Of a stretch of 64,000 nucleotides of DNA, positions 17,831 to 27,832 are shown piece after piece. A program made the translations under genes and the position numbers. The DNA is from Syntrophaceae bacterium. GTDB taxonomy: Bacteria > Desulfobacterota > Syntrophia > Syntrophales > Smithellaceae. The DNA lies in assembly GCA_018056765.1 (NCBI GenBank), contig JAGPFA010000003.1, positions 5,821 through 69,820 of the forward strand, written 5' to 3'. How positions within the stretch are numbered: position 1 is the first letter of the stretch; each line of letters starts with the position of its first letter. Under the pieces are notes generated by a model that saw nothing but the letters and a program-made list of their open reading frames with translations, did no database searches and was not told the DNA's origin.

Positions 17831-19477
17831 TCATCTGGTCATGGTGTATTTTTGCTCGTCTTTCGGGACATACCACTTATCGAAGTTGTGGCCGATGCCG
17901 ATGGGCGCCGGTTCGATGTTACGGAAGCGGTTATTGATGATGATCAGCTCATCAGGTACATACAAAAAAGTGTAGGGCTGGTCCTCGGCCAGGATTTCCT
18001 GAAAACGGTCGTAGTATTTTTTGCGCGCCGCCTGATCAAAAGTGCTGCGCCCCTTTTCGAGCATCTCATCCGCTTCGGGATTGTTGTAGGAAATGAAATT
18101 TAGCTCCTCCGGCGCGGTTTTGCCGGAATACCACACATCATAGGCATCCGGATCAAGCGGGATGGTCCAGCCGAGGATGACCGCATCGAAGTTTCGCTTG
18201 TTGATGAAGTGAGTGATAAACGCGGACCATTCGACAATGCGGATTTTCACGGCAATCCCCACCTCTTTTAACTGACGCTGGATTATTTCGGCGCATTTCT
18301 GCCTTGTTTCATTTCCCTGATTGGTGAGGATTTCAAACTCAAACGGCCGGCCGTTTTTTTCCACAATGCCGTCGCCATCGGTATCTTTCCAGCCCGCCTG
18401 CTCAAGGAGTTCGCGCGCCCGCCGCGGATCATAGTTGTAGATTTTCACCTTGTCGTTGTAGGCCCAGGTGCCGTGCTTGTAGGGACCGGTTGCCGGTTTA
18501 CCCAGACCCAGCAGCACACCGCTGATAATTTCCTCTTTGTTGATGGCGTAGGAAATGGCCTGCCGTACTCGCCTGTCCGCAAAAAGCGGGTTTTTAAGGT
18601 TATAGCCAAGGTAAGTGTAGGCAAAGGCCAGATAGCGGTATTTGTTGAAATTGTTTTTAAACAGATTGTTGTCCGTCTGGCGTGTGTACTGCAGAGGCGT
18701 AAGGCCCATCATGTCGAGCTTCTTGGCGCGCAACTCCAGAAACATGGTGGCCGTATCGGGAATGATGCGGGTGATCCGGCCGTCAATCCGGGGCCGGCCG
18801 CCGAAATACTCTTCATTGGCCACCAGTACAATTTTCTGCCCCGCCACCCACTCCTTGAATTTATATGGGCCGGTGCCGACCGGATGGCGTGAAAGGGGAC
18901 TTTGGGTGATGTCTTTTCCTTCCAGTAGATGCCGCGGCAGTATCGCGGACGACCAGCTGATCAGTGCCGGTGCAAAGGGTTTGTCGTAAGTTACACGGAA
19001 GGTGTAGGCATCCGGCGCCTCGGCCTTTTTAACCAGCATGAAATCGCCCGCATAGGCAGTCGGGGTTTTGGGATCTACCGTCACCTGATAGGTGTACAGG
19101 ACATCTGCGGAGGTAAAGTCAGAGCCATCATGCCATTTGACACCGCGGCGCAAATGAAAGGTGATGACCAGCCCGTTTTGTGAAACATCCCATGATTCAG
19201 CCAGATCGCCTGTGATGTTCATGTTTTTGTCGTACTTGACCAGGCCGTTATAAATCATGCCCGCAATGGAATGAGATGCGGAATCAGAGGCAAGCAGCGG
19301 TATCAGATTGCTCGCATCACCGATGTCGCCGCGCACCAGGATATCACCGTCGGCGGGCGGCTTGTCCACCTGCACGGAAGAGTTGTCTTCCTGCTGCGAC
19401 TGGCTGCAGGCCAGAAGAACAAACATGGTCATGAGAATAATAATGAAATGGAATATCCGGCGCATGGAGTTTGTCAT
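17831..19477 (-). CDS. ABC transporter substrate-binding lipoprotein, family 5 (OppA/DppA/NikA-like)
   Basis: The start MTNSMRRIFHFIIILMTMFVLLACSQ gives a lipoprotein signal (LLAC). The mature protein resembles SBP family 5 (DGSDFTSADVLYTY, GTGPYKF). The listed ORF start at 19708 would overlap the upstream gene. Confidence 0.85.
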   Translation of the reverse strand: MTNSMRRIFHFIIILMTMFVLLACSQSQQEDNSSVQVDKPPADGDILVRGDIGDASNLIPLLASDSASHSIAGMIYNGLVKYDKNMNITGDLAESWDVSQNGLVITFHLRRGVKWHDGSDFTSADVLYTYQVTVDPKTPTAYAGDFMLVKKAEAPDAYTFRVTYDKPFAPALISWSSAILPRHLLEGKDITQSPLSRHPVGTGPYKFKEWVAGQKIVLVANEEYFGGRPRIDGRITRIIPDTATMFLELRAKKLDMMGLTPLQYTRQTDNNLFKNNFNKYRYLAFAYTYLGYNLKNPLFADRRVRQAISYAINKEEIISGVLLGLGKPATGPYKHGTWAYNDKVKIYNYDPRRARELLEQAGWKDTDGDGIVEKNGRPFEFEILTNQGNETRQKCAEIIQRQLKEVGIAVKIRIVEWSAFITHFINKRNFDAVILGWTIPLDPDAYDVWYSGKTAPEELNFISYNNPEADEMLEKGRSTFDQAARKKYYDRFQEILAEDQPYTFLYVPDELIIINNRFRNIEPAPIGIGHNFDKWYVPKDEQKYTMTR

Positions 19478-19599
19478 AGCGATTAAAGCATCTCCTTGCA
19501 ATAGGATTCTGGCCGCGGCAGGAGTTTTTTGTGCATGTATCCTGATCCCATGTTCGGCTGCGTTTTTGTTGCAACAGGCTATGGGGATGAATGCCCAAA

Positions 19600-20913
19600 T
19601 CAGGCTTTGCGGCGAACCAGTCTTTTGCGCACAACTTTTCTGACGGTGGCCGGTGCGGCGGGTGCGGCCACCAGCGGCTGACGATGCTGGCAGGTCGCCC
19701 GCGGGCATTTCAGAAACACCTGTCCTTCGGCATCGGATACTTCCACCATAAATGAATTTTTACACCTGGGGCACGGAATCTGATGAGGACGCCCCCAGCT
19801 GATGAAATTACACTGACTCGAGGTGCAGGTGTAAAATATCTTTCCCGCCGCTGTTGTCTGCTCTTTGAGCGCACTGGTTTTACACAGGGGACAAACAAGT
19901 GCGAGTTCTTTTTCAAACGCCGCGATTCTGGCCGCTATTTCCTCATCGTCGGCCGGCACTACAGGAACCTGGGGCGACTTCAAATCCTCTTCGTCCCGCC
20001 TTGCCTCTTTTTCGTCTTCCGCCTGCGTGGCTGTTTCATCCTTCAACACCGTCTCTCCCGCTGTGGGAGGCGGTTCAGGAATCTCTCCGTGACGCTGACG
20101 CTCCCCGGCAGGAAGTGACTCGACTTCGTCCGGCAGGGGCGACGCCGGCCCGGTTTCTGCGGCCGGCGCCTCTTGAGGCATCGTTTCTTTTTCAGCCTTT
20201 GCTTTGACAGAACTGGTCACGACATAGTCGCGGATGATTCTGGGGCTGGCCGGCTTGGACTCTTCTGCTTTTTGTGGAGCAGGCGTCGGTTTGATCACGG
20301 GAATTTTCGGTTTAGGCAGAGGCACGCCCTGTTTTTGCAGTGTCTGATCGAAACGCGAAAGGGCGGACTCCTCATCAACACGGCCGCTTTCCACTTCCTG
20401 CAAAGTCTGGCCGATATAGGCCAGCATGTTTATACCCTGCATTTTGGGATAAACACGGTTGAACAGCCGCGCCGTTTCACGCGTTGCCTGATAGGCGTAG
20501 AAATGATTGTCCGGCTGGAGGTGAAGAAACTTCTTCTCCAACATCCCGGAGACGGCATTTTTCAGATGTTCTTCCGTTTCCACACCCGCCTCCCGGGCAT
20601 CAGCCATGAAAGTTTCCATATTGTAGCGCTCGCTGACGTCACCGTAGACGTCTTCAATGTCGAGCTCCCGTCCGCCGAAAAGTATAAAGCAGACGATGTT
20701 TTCCAGTGTCAGGGGAAGTCCGCCGACCGACTGAGTGGCGTTGGCCAGTCGCTCATAGTGCCTTACAAATATCTGCTCAAATTGCTGTTTCAGTTCATCA
20801 CGCATTTTTGGTCCCGCCGGTGTTCTCTTTGTATTTTCGTCATCCTCCGCGTATATCGGCTGCATTATCGAAAATATTACTGTTTTTTTAATATTTTTTT
20901 GATTATTCTGCAA
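19600..20913 (-). CDS. Hypothetical protein with two C-terminal topoisomerase-type zinc ribbons
   Basis: 437 aa (TTG at 20913, or ATG at 20865). It has an N-terminal ~200-aa globular region, a Pro/Glu/Ala-rich linker, then CPLCK...YTCTSSQCNF and CPRCK...LKCPRATCQH (C4 ribbons), and a basic tail. Confidence 0.6.
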   Translation of the reverse strand: MQNNQKNIKKTVIFSIMQPIYAEDDENTKRTPAGPKMRDELKQQFEQIFVRHYERLANATQSVGGLPLTLENIVCFILFGGRELDIEDVYGDVSERYNMETFMADAREAGVETEEHLKNAVSGMLEKKFLHLQPDNHFYAYQATRETARLFNRVYPKMQGINMLAYIGQTLQEVESGRVDEESALSRFDQTLQKQGVPLPKPKIPVIKPTPAPQKAEESKPASPRIIRDYVVTSSVKAKAEKETMPQEAPAAETGPASPLPDEVESLPAGERQRHGEIPEPPPTAGETVLKDETATQAEDEKEARRDEEDLKSPQVPVVPADDEEIAARIAAFEKELALVCPLCKTSALKEQTTAAGKIFYTCTSSQCNFISWGRPHQIPCPRCKNSFMVEVSDAEGQVFLKCPRATCQHRQPLVAAPAAPATVRKVVRKRLVRRKA

Positions 20914-21002
20914 GCATCATTGCCCGGAAAGGCAGGACCAAGCTCAAGAAATTGCGCTTTTTTGCGATATAAGTGTCATCTTAAGTGTGAGGAGTCCAAA
21001 CT

Positions 21003-24000
21003 TTGCCCATCGTCATCAAGCTTCAGGACATAGACGAGGCGATTGAAAATCTTCGCTACAAAAGCCAAACAACCCAAAAAGCAAGGTTGCTGCAGGCAAT
21101 ACGCTCCTGCTACGGCGGCGAAGCGGACGTAGAAACTCTTGAAGCCATCGACACAGAAGAGCTGATCAAGACCATCTGGGAGACGGGCGATGACCCCGCC
21201 CAGCTCAAAGCGAAGCGAAAAAATTTCAGCAGCCTGAAATCAAGCGTCAATGCGGATCTGAAAAAACTCTACGCGGAAGGAGAAAACCCGCAGGGGCTGA
21301 TCATCGGCCCCGCCAATATCTTCACCATCTCCGATGAGGCCAAAGATAAAGCACTGTCCGGCATTATGGAGGTCTTCAGGGAAAAAGGCATCGATACCCA
21401 AAGCAAGATAGGCGACATCCTCGCCGCGCTAAACGATCTTCTTTCCCATGCAATATCCGGTACCGACGCCCTAAATGCACAGGAGGAAATCGAACGGATT
21501 AAAAGCACTCTTGGTGAAATCACCGGCAGGCTGGGCATACCTCTGGAAGACATCATTCGCGGCGCACAAGGCTCCGCAGGCGAAGGCGGGTCACTCTCGG
21601 GAACTGAAGTCGATGGTTTCGGCCATCAGGACGAAGGCCAAACCAGACCCGGCGGTATTTATGACGAGCTTTCCCTAATAGATAAGGGCCTCACCGGACT
21701 CGCGCATGAGTTGGAAAGTACACAGCAAAAGGAGCTCAGCATTTCATTGCAGCGGGCGTTTGCCGAGATCAAACAGGCGCTGGCTGACACTCAAACAGAC
21801 GAGCACGAAAAAATAGCGAAAATAATGAACGCCTTCGAGCAGATGCTTGCCGAGGCCATCGACAATCCGGAAAGCGGGCTTTCCGCCGAGCAGACCGCTG
21901 AGCTCAAAGAAATTTTCCGCCGGATGGTTCCTGGGGAAAGCCACGGGGACGGCCAGCCGGAATCTTCCGCCACAGGGGCGGCACAAAAGCTCGCCTGGGC
22001 TGTCTCGGATATCGTGGCAGATACGGAGCTTGGCGCCGGCGACAAAATCGGCAGGATCATGGCCGCTGTGGAGGATCTGGTGGGCGAGATTCTTGAGGGT
22101 GGTGGCACGGGCCTTGATGATAATCAGATCTCTGCCATCAAAGAAATGATGGGGAAGCTCAGTGAAAATCTGGATGCCCTCGCCCGTGAGGATCAGGCTG
22201 AAGCCGCGGAGGTTTCCCAAGATGAGTTAGGTGTCGCCGATGCGGGGGAAATACGCGAAGAAATAATCATCCACGAAGAAGCACCTGAATCAGGCCTTGC
22301 GGCAGAGGATAACTTTTCTGAAGGGGAGATTGTTGAAACAATCGAGGACGAAGGAGATGCAATAGCTGACGCTCGACCGGGTATTGAGGGGATGCCAACA
22401 GATGAGCCGGGCGCCGCCGCGGAAGAAATAATCGAAGAAGTTCTCGTTTCCGAAGACGAATCTGAATCAGGCCTTGCGGCAGAGGATAACCTTTCTGAAG
22501 GGGAGATTGTTGAAACACTAGGGGCTGCCGGCGATGAACAGGGCGAGGATGGGCCTGGTATTGATGAAGCTCCCTTTGATGAACCGGGAGCCGATGCGGA
22601 AGAAATAATCGAAGAAGTTCTCGTTTCCGAAGGCGAATCTGAATCAGGCCTTGCGGCAGAGGATGACCTCCCTGAAGGGGAGATTGTTGAAACACGCGAG
22701 GCCGAAGGGGAGGCAAAAGCCGAAGCTCGACCGGGTATTGAGGAGATGCCAACAGATGAGGAAGCCGCCGCCGCGGAAGAATTCGTCGAAGAAATCGTCA
22801 TACCGGCAGATGAGACTGAGTCAGTCTCCGGGGATCGGCAAGAAGACGAATTTGCCTCGTCAGGTGAACAGGAATTTGAAGAAGTCGTTTTGCTCACCGA
22901 CGAAGACGTCGTTGCCGACGAGTCCGAACTATCGCCTGATCAGGAGACAGGCGAAGACGGGGAAGTCCTCGCGGATGATACTTTGCTGACCTCATCAGAT
23001 GCCGAGGAAGACTCGACCGGTGAAGAGATTGCGGACGACGACCTGACCATTGAGGAACAGCCGGATCTTACCGACGAGGCGGACACGGAGCCTCTTGTGA
23101 CACCTTCCAGTTCCTTTATCGATGCCGACCTCAGGGAAAAAGCGCAATTACTGACACGGTTGGCCGAGGACGCAGCGGCGCTTGCCGCTCTGGGGCCGGA
23201 TTTGTCGGGCAGCGTGTACTCAGAGGAGGAAATACGCCAGAAGGCTCATTTCCTGGCGGAGGAATTCAATCGCTATTTGAGTCTGCGCGACAAGTTCTAC
23301 AATGCCCACGTCCTCATCAAAGGGGGCAATTATCTGGTGGGAGGGGCGCATCTTGCCAAAAGCGAGCTTCCCGAACAGATCGCCACGCTGCCGGATTTCT
23401 ACATCGGCAAGTTCCCGGTCACCAATGCCATTTTTGAAATATTTGTCGAGCAGACAGGCTACATCACTACCGCGGAGCGCTACGGTTACAGTATCGTCTA
23501 TTATCCGCGTATGCAGCACAGCCGGGACCCGGTCACGGGTCTGGAGCGTTTTTCACTGCATAAAAGCGCCTACAGCCGGAGGGTGACAGGTGCCTGCTGG
23601 CACAGACCGCTGGGGCCGGAAAGCTCTCTGCATCTGAAAAGAACACATCCGGTCGTCCATGTAAGTCTGGAGGATGCCCGCGCCTTTGCCTCATGGACGG
23701 GAAAAAGGCTTCCCACAGAAATCGAATGGGAGGCGGCGGCACGCTCCGCCCTCGGTCATATTTTCCCCTGGGGGAATGAATGGCTGGAAAATGCCTGTAA
23801 CACAGAGGCCAGTCTGCACGGAGATACAACCCCGGTGGACCGCTACATTAAATTTGCCAATCAGGCAGGTGTGGCCGACGCGCTGGGAAATGTCCTGGAG
23901 TGGACGGGCGATATGCCGGGCGACAGGCAAACCACGGAGATGTGCATCACCAAGGGCGCAAGCTGGATCGCCCGCGGTGAGATCAGCCTTACCGACCGCC

Positions 24001-24059
24001 ACTATGTAGAAAAAGACGCCTCTTCCAACATTCTGGGCTTCCGCTGCGTGGCAATCTGA
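21003..24059 (+). CDS. Large acidic repeat protein with C-terminal FGE-sulfatase (SUMF1/EgtB/PvdO-type) domain
   Basis: 1018 aa. TTG start 8 nt after GAGGAG. The C-terminal ~270 aa carry FGE-sulfatase features ([61 protein letters not shown]). The N-terminal ~750 aa are strongly acidic. Confidence 0.75.
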   Translation: MPIVIKLQDIDEAIENLRYKSQTTQKARLLQAIRSCYGGEADVETLEAIDTEELIKTIWETGDDPAQLKAKRKNFSSLKSSVNADLKKLYAEGENPQGLIIGPANIFTISDEAKDKALSGIMEVFREKGIDTQSKIGDILAALNDLLSHAISGTDALNAQEEIERIKSTLGEITGRLGIPLEDIIRGAQGSAGEGGSLSGTEVDGFGHQDEGQTRPGGIYDELSLIDKGLTGLAHELESTQQKELSISLQRAFAEIKQALADTQTDEHEKIAKIMNAFEQMLAEAIDNPESGLSAEQTAELKEIFRRMVPGESHGDGQPESSATGAAQKLAWAVSDIVADTELGAGDKIGRIMAAVEDLVGEILEGGGTGLDDNQISAIKEMMGKLSENLDALAREDQAEAAEVSQDELGVADAGEIREEIIIHEEAPESGLAAEDNFSEGEIVETIEDEGDAIADARPGIEGMPTDEPGAAAEEIIEEVLVSEDESESGLAAEDNLSEGEIVETLGAAGDEQGEDGPGIDEAPFDEPGADAEEIIEEVLVSEGESESGLAAEDDLPEGEIVETREAEGEAKAEARPGIEEMPTDEEAAAAEEFVEEIVIPADETESVSGDRQEDEFASSGEQEFEEVVLLTDEDVVADESELSPDQETGEDGEVLADDTLLTSSDAEEDSTGEEIADDDLTIEEQPDLTDEADTEPLVTPSSSFIDADLREKAQLLTRLAEDAAALAALGPDLSGSVYSEEEIRQKAHFLAEEFNRYLSLRDKFYNAHVLIKGGNYLVGGAHLAKSELPEQIATLPDFYIGKFPVTNAIFEIFVEQTGYITTAERYGYSIVYYPRMQHSRDPVTGLERFSLHKSAYSRRVTGACWHRPLGPESSLHLKRTHPVVHVSLEDARAFASWTGKRLPTEIEWEAAARSALGHIFPWGNEWLENACNTEASLHGDTTPVDRYIKFANQAGVADALGNVLEWTGDMPGDRQTTEMCITKGASWIARGEISLTDRHYVEKDASSNILGFRCVAI
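22275..22805 (+). repeat. Three tandem 177-nt (59-aa) coding repeats inside the acidic protein
   Basis: Units start at 22275, 22452 and 22629. Each encodes E(S)ESGLAAED(N/D)(F/L)(S/P)EGEIVET...PGI(E/D)...(P)(T/F)DE...AAEE(I/F)(I/V)EE(V/I). Confidence 0.9.
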
Positions 24060-24095
24060 CCGGACGGCTTCTTTTCCCGCCATGGGCACGATCGC

Positions 24096-24290
24096 GAGCT
24101 TTATTCTTTAGCCTTTATCCTTTCGCCTTTAGCCTTTGTCCTTTAGCCTCTGTCCTTTATCTTCCAACCCTCAAATCATCTAATCTTCTAATCTTCTAAC
24201 CCTCTAAACTTCTAACCCTCCGGTCGCTCGGCTTGTCGAAGCATCCTTTAGCCTTTAGCCTTTGTCCTTTCTCCTTTCTCCTTTCGCCCG
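24096..24290. repeat. Mosaic intergenic repeat cluster 5
   Basis: Runs of CCTTTAGC/CCTTTATC/CCTTTGTC units, CTCAAATCATCTAATCTTCTAATCTTCTAACCCTCTAAACTTCTAACCCTCC, and GGTCGCTCGGCTTGTCGAAGCATCC. Confidence 0.8.
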
Positions 24291-24301
24291 CCTGCTGCCA
24301 C

Positions 24302-24331
24302 AAAAAAAGGGCGGGGTAAAACCACCCGCCC
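24302..24331 (-). terminator. Rho-independent terminator of outer-membrane barrel gene copy 1
   Basis: Minus strand GGGCGGGTGGTTTTACCCCGCCC followed by TTTTTTT, 26 nt after the stop. Confidence 0.8.
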
Positions 24332-24356
24332 TTTCACAGACTCATGTCGTCTAGCT

Positions 24357-25844
24357 TCAGAACTTCACCGACAACCCCCCGCCTGCCAGCCAGTTCGTTT
24401 TATTGACCTCGACATAGGTCGGCATGGACTCTGTGAAGCCGTCGCCGTCGGTTTTAAATTTTGCGTAACCTGCATTGATAAAAGGCTCTAAAACAACAGC
24501 GCCCGCTTTGATGCTCGCACCGAGTGACGCATTCACGCCATAGTGCGCCCCGTCTGCGGAAACCGACACAGGGGATGGTGTGATCCAGAAGTAACCGTCT
24601 GCGATATAGGAGTAATTTCTTTTGGCCAAACCGTAAAAGGCGCTCAGGCCGCCGCGCAGGGACAGCACGGAATTGAGCTCCTGCTCGGCCAGCAACCTGA
24701 GGGTTAGACGGTGCTCCGAGGTTTTGGGCATGTCCGTGTAGTTATCGAAATACCATGACGGATCGCCAGGCTCAATGAACTGAGCATTCTGCTCTGATTT
24801 CAAATAATTATAGTAGAGCCCCGCCGCAAGTCTGGTGCCGGAGGTGGGGGTCATTTCCGCTCCGCCGCCTACTGTCACAAAGATATCTTTTGCCTCATGT
24901 TCGTATTCTATTGGGAAGCCACCGTCAAAGAAACCAGACCCGTCACGTGTAATTTTTTTAAAACCCGCACTTACAACAAAAGGCAGTGAAATATTGTCCG
25001 ACACGGCATATCTCATCCACAGATCACCGGCCACATTGAATCCTTTTACCTTGCCTTCCGCCCAGAAACTTTCCGGGTCTTCTAAATCTGAATATACATA
25101 TTCGTTGTCCGCTGCAAAAGGAAGGCCGCCGCGCAGTGTAAACATATAAGATACCGGCCCCGTCTTGCCCGCCGCGGATACCTTTGCATTTGCCTCCCAG
25201 TATTTTGAATCAAAGGGGATCATGTAAGGCAGAAGATTTAACACAGGCTTGTCTTCTGCTCCCCAGGGAAAGTTTATCAGCATTTCAGTCGGCATGAGGT
25301 TCTTCTGCTCTTCTTTCACATAGGCAAACCCTAGCTCCGCACCAACATTAACCGGGCCGACCGGCAGACCGTAGATGGCCTTGAGTGCAAAGTTGTCCAG
25401 CTTGTTTTCCAGCTCAAAGTTTTCATATCCGGGACCGGAAAACCCTTCATACACCTCGGTGCCGGTGTATTTGCCGTTTGCTGTAGTATAATCGAAAAAA
25501 ACTCCCAGTCTGCCCGGCCCCAGCCCCAGCGCCGCTCCGAGCTGTCCCTCGTGCTTCCACAAACGGCCGTCGGCCGTAAAAGGATAAATAACATCCATCG
25601 CCGGAACGCTCGCGCTATACTCCCAGTTTTTCGTCTTTTCATATGTGAGACGGTAGTGCCCGTAGGCATTGAACCCCTTACCAGTTGCGATGGCCGCCGG
25701 ATGAATAAGGAAATCCGACTCGTCGGCGACGAGTCCCGCTGCATCACCCATACCAGCCATCCGCCCCTGCCATCCCCAGGAAGGCAGGGCCAGCAAAACC
25801 GCCAGCACAGACACAACCGCAATAAAACCAACTCTTTTTTGCAT
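24357..25844 (-). CDS. Outer-membrane beta-barrel protein (porin-like, family unknown), copy 1
   Basis: 495 aa. Signal peptide MQKRVGFIAVVSVLAVLLALPSWG. Alternating-residue beta-strand pattern, many aromatic girdle residues, C-terminal ...GGGLSVKF ending in Phe. Confidence 0.7.
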   Translation of the reverse strand: MQKRVGFIAVVSVLAVLLALPSWGWQGRMAGMGDAAGLVADESDFLIHPAAIATGKGFNAYGHYRLTYEKTKNWEYSASVPAMDVIYPFTADGRLWKHEGQLGAALGLGPGRLGVFFDYTTANGKYTGTEVYEGFSGPGYENFELENKLDNFALKAIYGLPVGPVNVGAELGFAYVKEEQKNLMPTEMLINFPWGAEDKPVLNLLPYMIPFDSKYWEANAKVSAAGKTGPVSYMFTLRGGLPFAADNEYVYSDLEDPESFWAEGKVKGFNVAGDLWMRYAVSDNISLPFVVSAGFKKITRDGSGFFDGGFPIEYEHEAKDIFVTVGGGAEMTPTSGTRLAAGLYYNYLKSEQNAQFIEPGDPSWYFDNYTDMPKTSEHRLTLRLLAEQELNSVLSLRGGLSAFYGLAKRNYSYIADGYFWITPSPVSVSADGAHYGVNASLGASIKAGAVVLEPFINAGYAKFKTDGDGFTESMPTYVEVNKTNWLAGGGLSVKF

Positions 25845-26003
25845 AATTACTCCTCCTTAAAATACGACGTCGCCGATTTAAAATTCCGGTAATGACCTGC
25901 AAATAAGCTCATCGCTTGTCCGTTTACCTAAGTTCTTTTACACTAAACACCTGTAAAAATGAAGATAAATATCAACCTTTGCATAGGGGCTTTGGCCGGA
26001 CGG

Positions 26004-26033
26004 AAAAAAAGGGCGGGGTAAAACCACCCGCCC
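26004..26033 (-). terminator. Rho-independent terminator of outer-membrane barrel gene copy 2
   Basis: Identical hairpin and T-run to 24302-24331, so it is part of the ~1.7-kb tandem duplication. Confidence 0.8.
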
Positions 26034-26058
26034 TTTCACAGACTCATGTCGTCTTGTT

Positions 26059-27540
26059 TCAGAACTTCACCGACAAGCCCCCGCCTGCCAGCCAGTTCGT
26101 TTTATTGGCCTCGACATAGGTCGGTACGAACCATGTGACCCCGTCACCGTCGGTTTTTAATTTTGCGTAGCCGGCGTTGATAAAAGGCTCCAAGACAACA
26201 GCGCCCGCTTTGATGCTCGCACCGAGTGACGCATTCACGCCATAGTGCGCCCCATCAGCAGAAACGTCTACCGGCCAATACATATCTGAGTCACTCATTG
26301 CATAATAGGAGTAATCTCTTTTGGCCAAACCGTAAAAGGCGCTCAGGCCACCGCGCAGGGACAGCACGGAATTGAGCTCCTGCTCGGCCAGCAACCTGAG
26401 GGTCAGACGATGCTCAGAGGTTTTGGGCATATTCGTATAATTGTCGATATACCATTATGACGGATCAAACGTATCCATGAACTGCATATTCTGATCTGAT
26501 TTCAGATAATTGTAGTAGAGCCCTGCCGCAAGTCTGGTGCCGGAGGCGGGGGTCATTTCCGCTCCGCCACCTACTGTCACAAAAATATCTTTTGCCTCAT
26601 GTTCGTATTCTATTGTGGAGGGGGCGGAGCTGAAACCAGCGCCGTCACGTGTAATTTTTTTAAAACCTGTACTTACAACAAAAGGCAGTGAAATATTGTC
26701 CGACACGGCAAATCTCATCCACAGATTACCGGCCACGTTGAATCCTTTTACCTTGCCTTCCGCCCAAAAACCGTTGTACTCGACTAAATGCACATATTCG
26801 TTGTCCGTTGCAAAAGGAAGGCCGCCGCGCAGTGTAAACATATAAGATACCGGCCCCGTCTTGCCCGCCGCGGATACCTTCGCATTTGCCTCCCAGTATT
26901 TTGAATCAAAGGGGATCATGTAAGGCAGAAGATTATACTCAGGATAGTCTTCTGCTCCCCAGGGATAGTTTACCAACATTTCAGTCGGCATGAGGTTCTT
27001 CTGCTCTTCTTTTACATAGGCAAGCCCAAGCTCCGCACCAACATTAACCGGACCGACCGGCAGACCGTAGATGGCCTTGAGTGCAAAGTTGTCCAGCTTG
27101 TTTTCCAGCTCAAAGTTTTCATATCCGGGACCAAATTGTCCCTCATACACCTCGGCGCCGGTGTATTTGCCGCTTGCTGTGGTATAATCGAAAAAAACTC
27201 CCAGTCTGCCCGGCCCCAACCCCAGCGCCGCTCCGAGCTGTCCCTCGTGCTTCCACAAACGGCCGTCGGCCGTAAAAGGATAAATCCTACCCATCATCGG
27301 AACGATCGCGCTATACTCCCAGTTTTTCGTCTTCTCATAGGTCAGACGGTAGTGCCCGTAGGCATTGAACCCCTTACCAGTTGCGATGGCCGCCGGATGA
27401 ATAAGAAAATCCGACTCGTCGGCGACGAGTCCCGCCGCATCACCCAGACCAGCCATCCGCCCCTGCCATCCCCAGGAAGGCAGGGCCAGCAAAACCGCCA
27501 GCATAGACACAACCGCAATGAAACCAACTCTTTTTTGCAT
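26059..27540 (-). pseudogene. Outer-membrane beta-barrel paralog, copy 2, interrupted by an in-frame TAA
   Basis: ORFs 26455-27540 and 26059-26430 are colinear, in the same frame, and together match copy 1 end to end. Relative to copy 1 (TACCATGACGG) copy 2 reads TACCATTATGACGG, a 3-nt insertion giving DPS-TAA-WY (stop at 26455-26457). Confidence 0.7.
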
Positions 27541-27832
27541 AACTATTCCTCCTTAAAAGCATATTTCTAAATCTGTCCTGTCCATCAGGCTCAGTAAATA
27601 GCTTCGATAATCTATCAAAACCTGCAGCATAAAGCAATGCGTTACAGCAGAGCGAATTGCCCCGAAGCTTCTGGTGTACCACGAGAGACCAGGCATGAAC
27701 GGGCTATCAAATATCATCCGAACCGGTCCGCAATTGTTTAAGGTTGCCGCCGATTGTGCGTAATCTGCAACTGATACACAAATCCATCTCATTTCCATCT
27801 GAGTTTTATTGGACCTGTTTATGGCGGGGAGC

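Noticed and set aside
22103-22118. A sigma54-like TGGCAC-N5-TTGAT element (other TGGCAC occurrences include 13858).
   Set aside because: It is located deep inside coding sequence, the -12 element is imperfect, and no gene start follows.
22193-22897. A 234-aa Ser-rich minus-strand ORF (plus ORF 22267-22752) that could be read as a serine-repeat surface protein.
   Set aside because: It is the mirror image of the Glu/Asp-rich tandem repeats on the plus strand (GAA/GAG/GAT complements give TTC/CTC/ATC, read here as Ser/Pro-rich frames). The plus-strand gene has a Shine-Dalgarno and a recognisable C-terminal FGE domain.
26455-26457. The in-frame stop in outer-membrane barrel copy 2 as programmed recoding (selenocysteine or pyrrolysine).
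   Set aside because: The codon is TAA, not TGA or TAG. I saw no SECIS- or PYLIS-like context, and the paralog simply lacks this codon.
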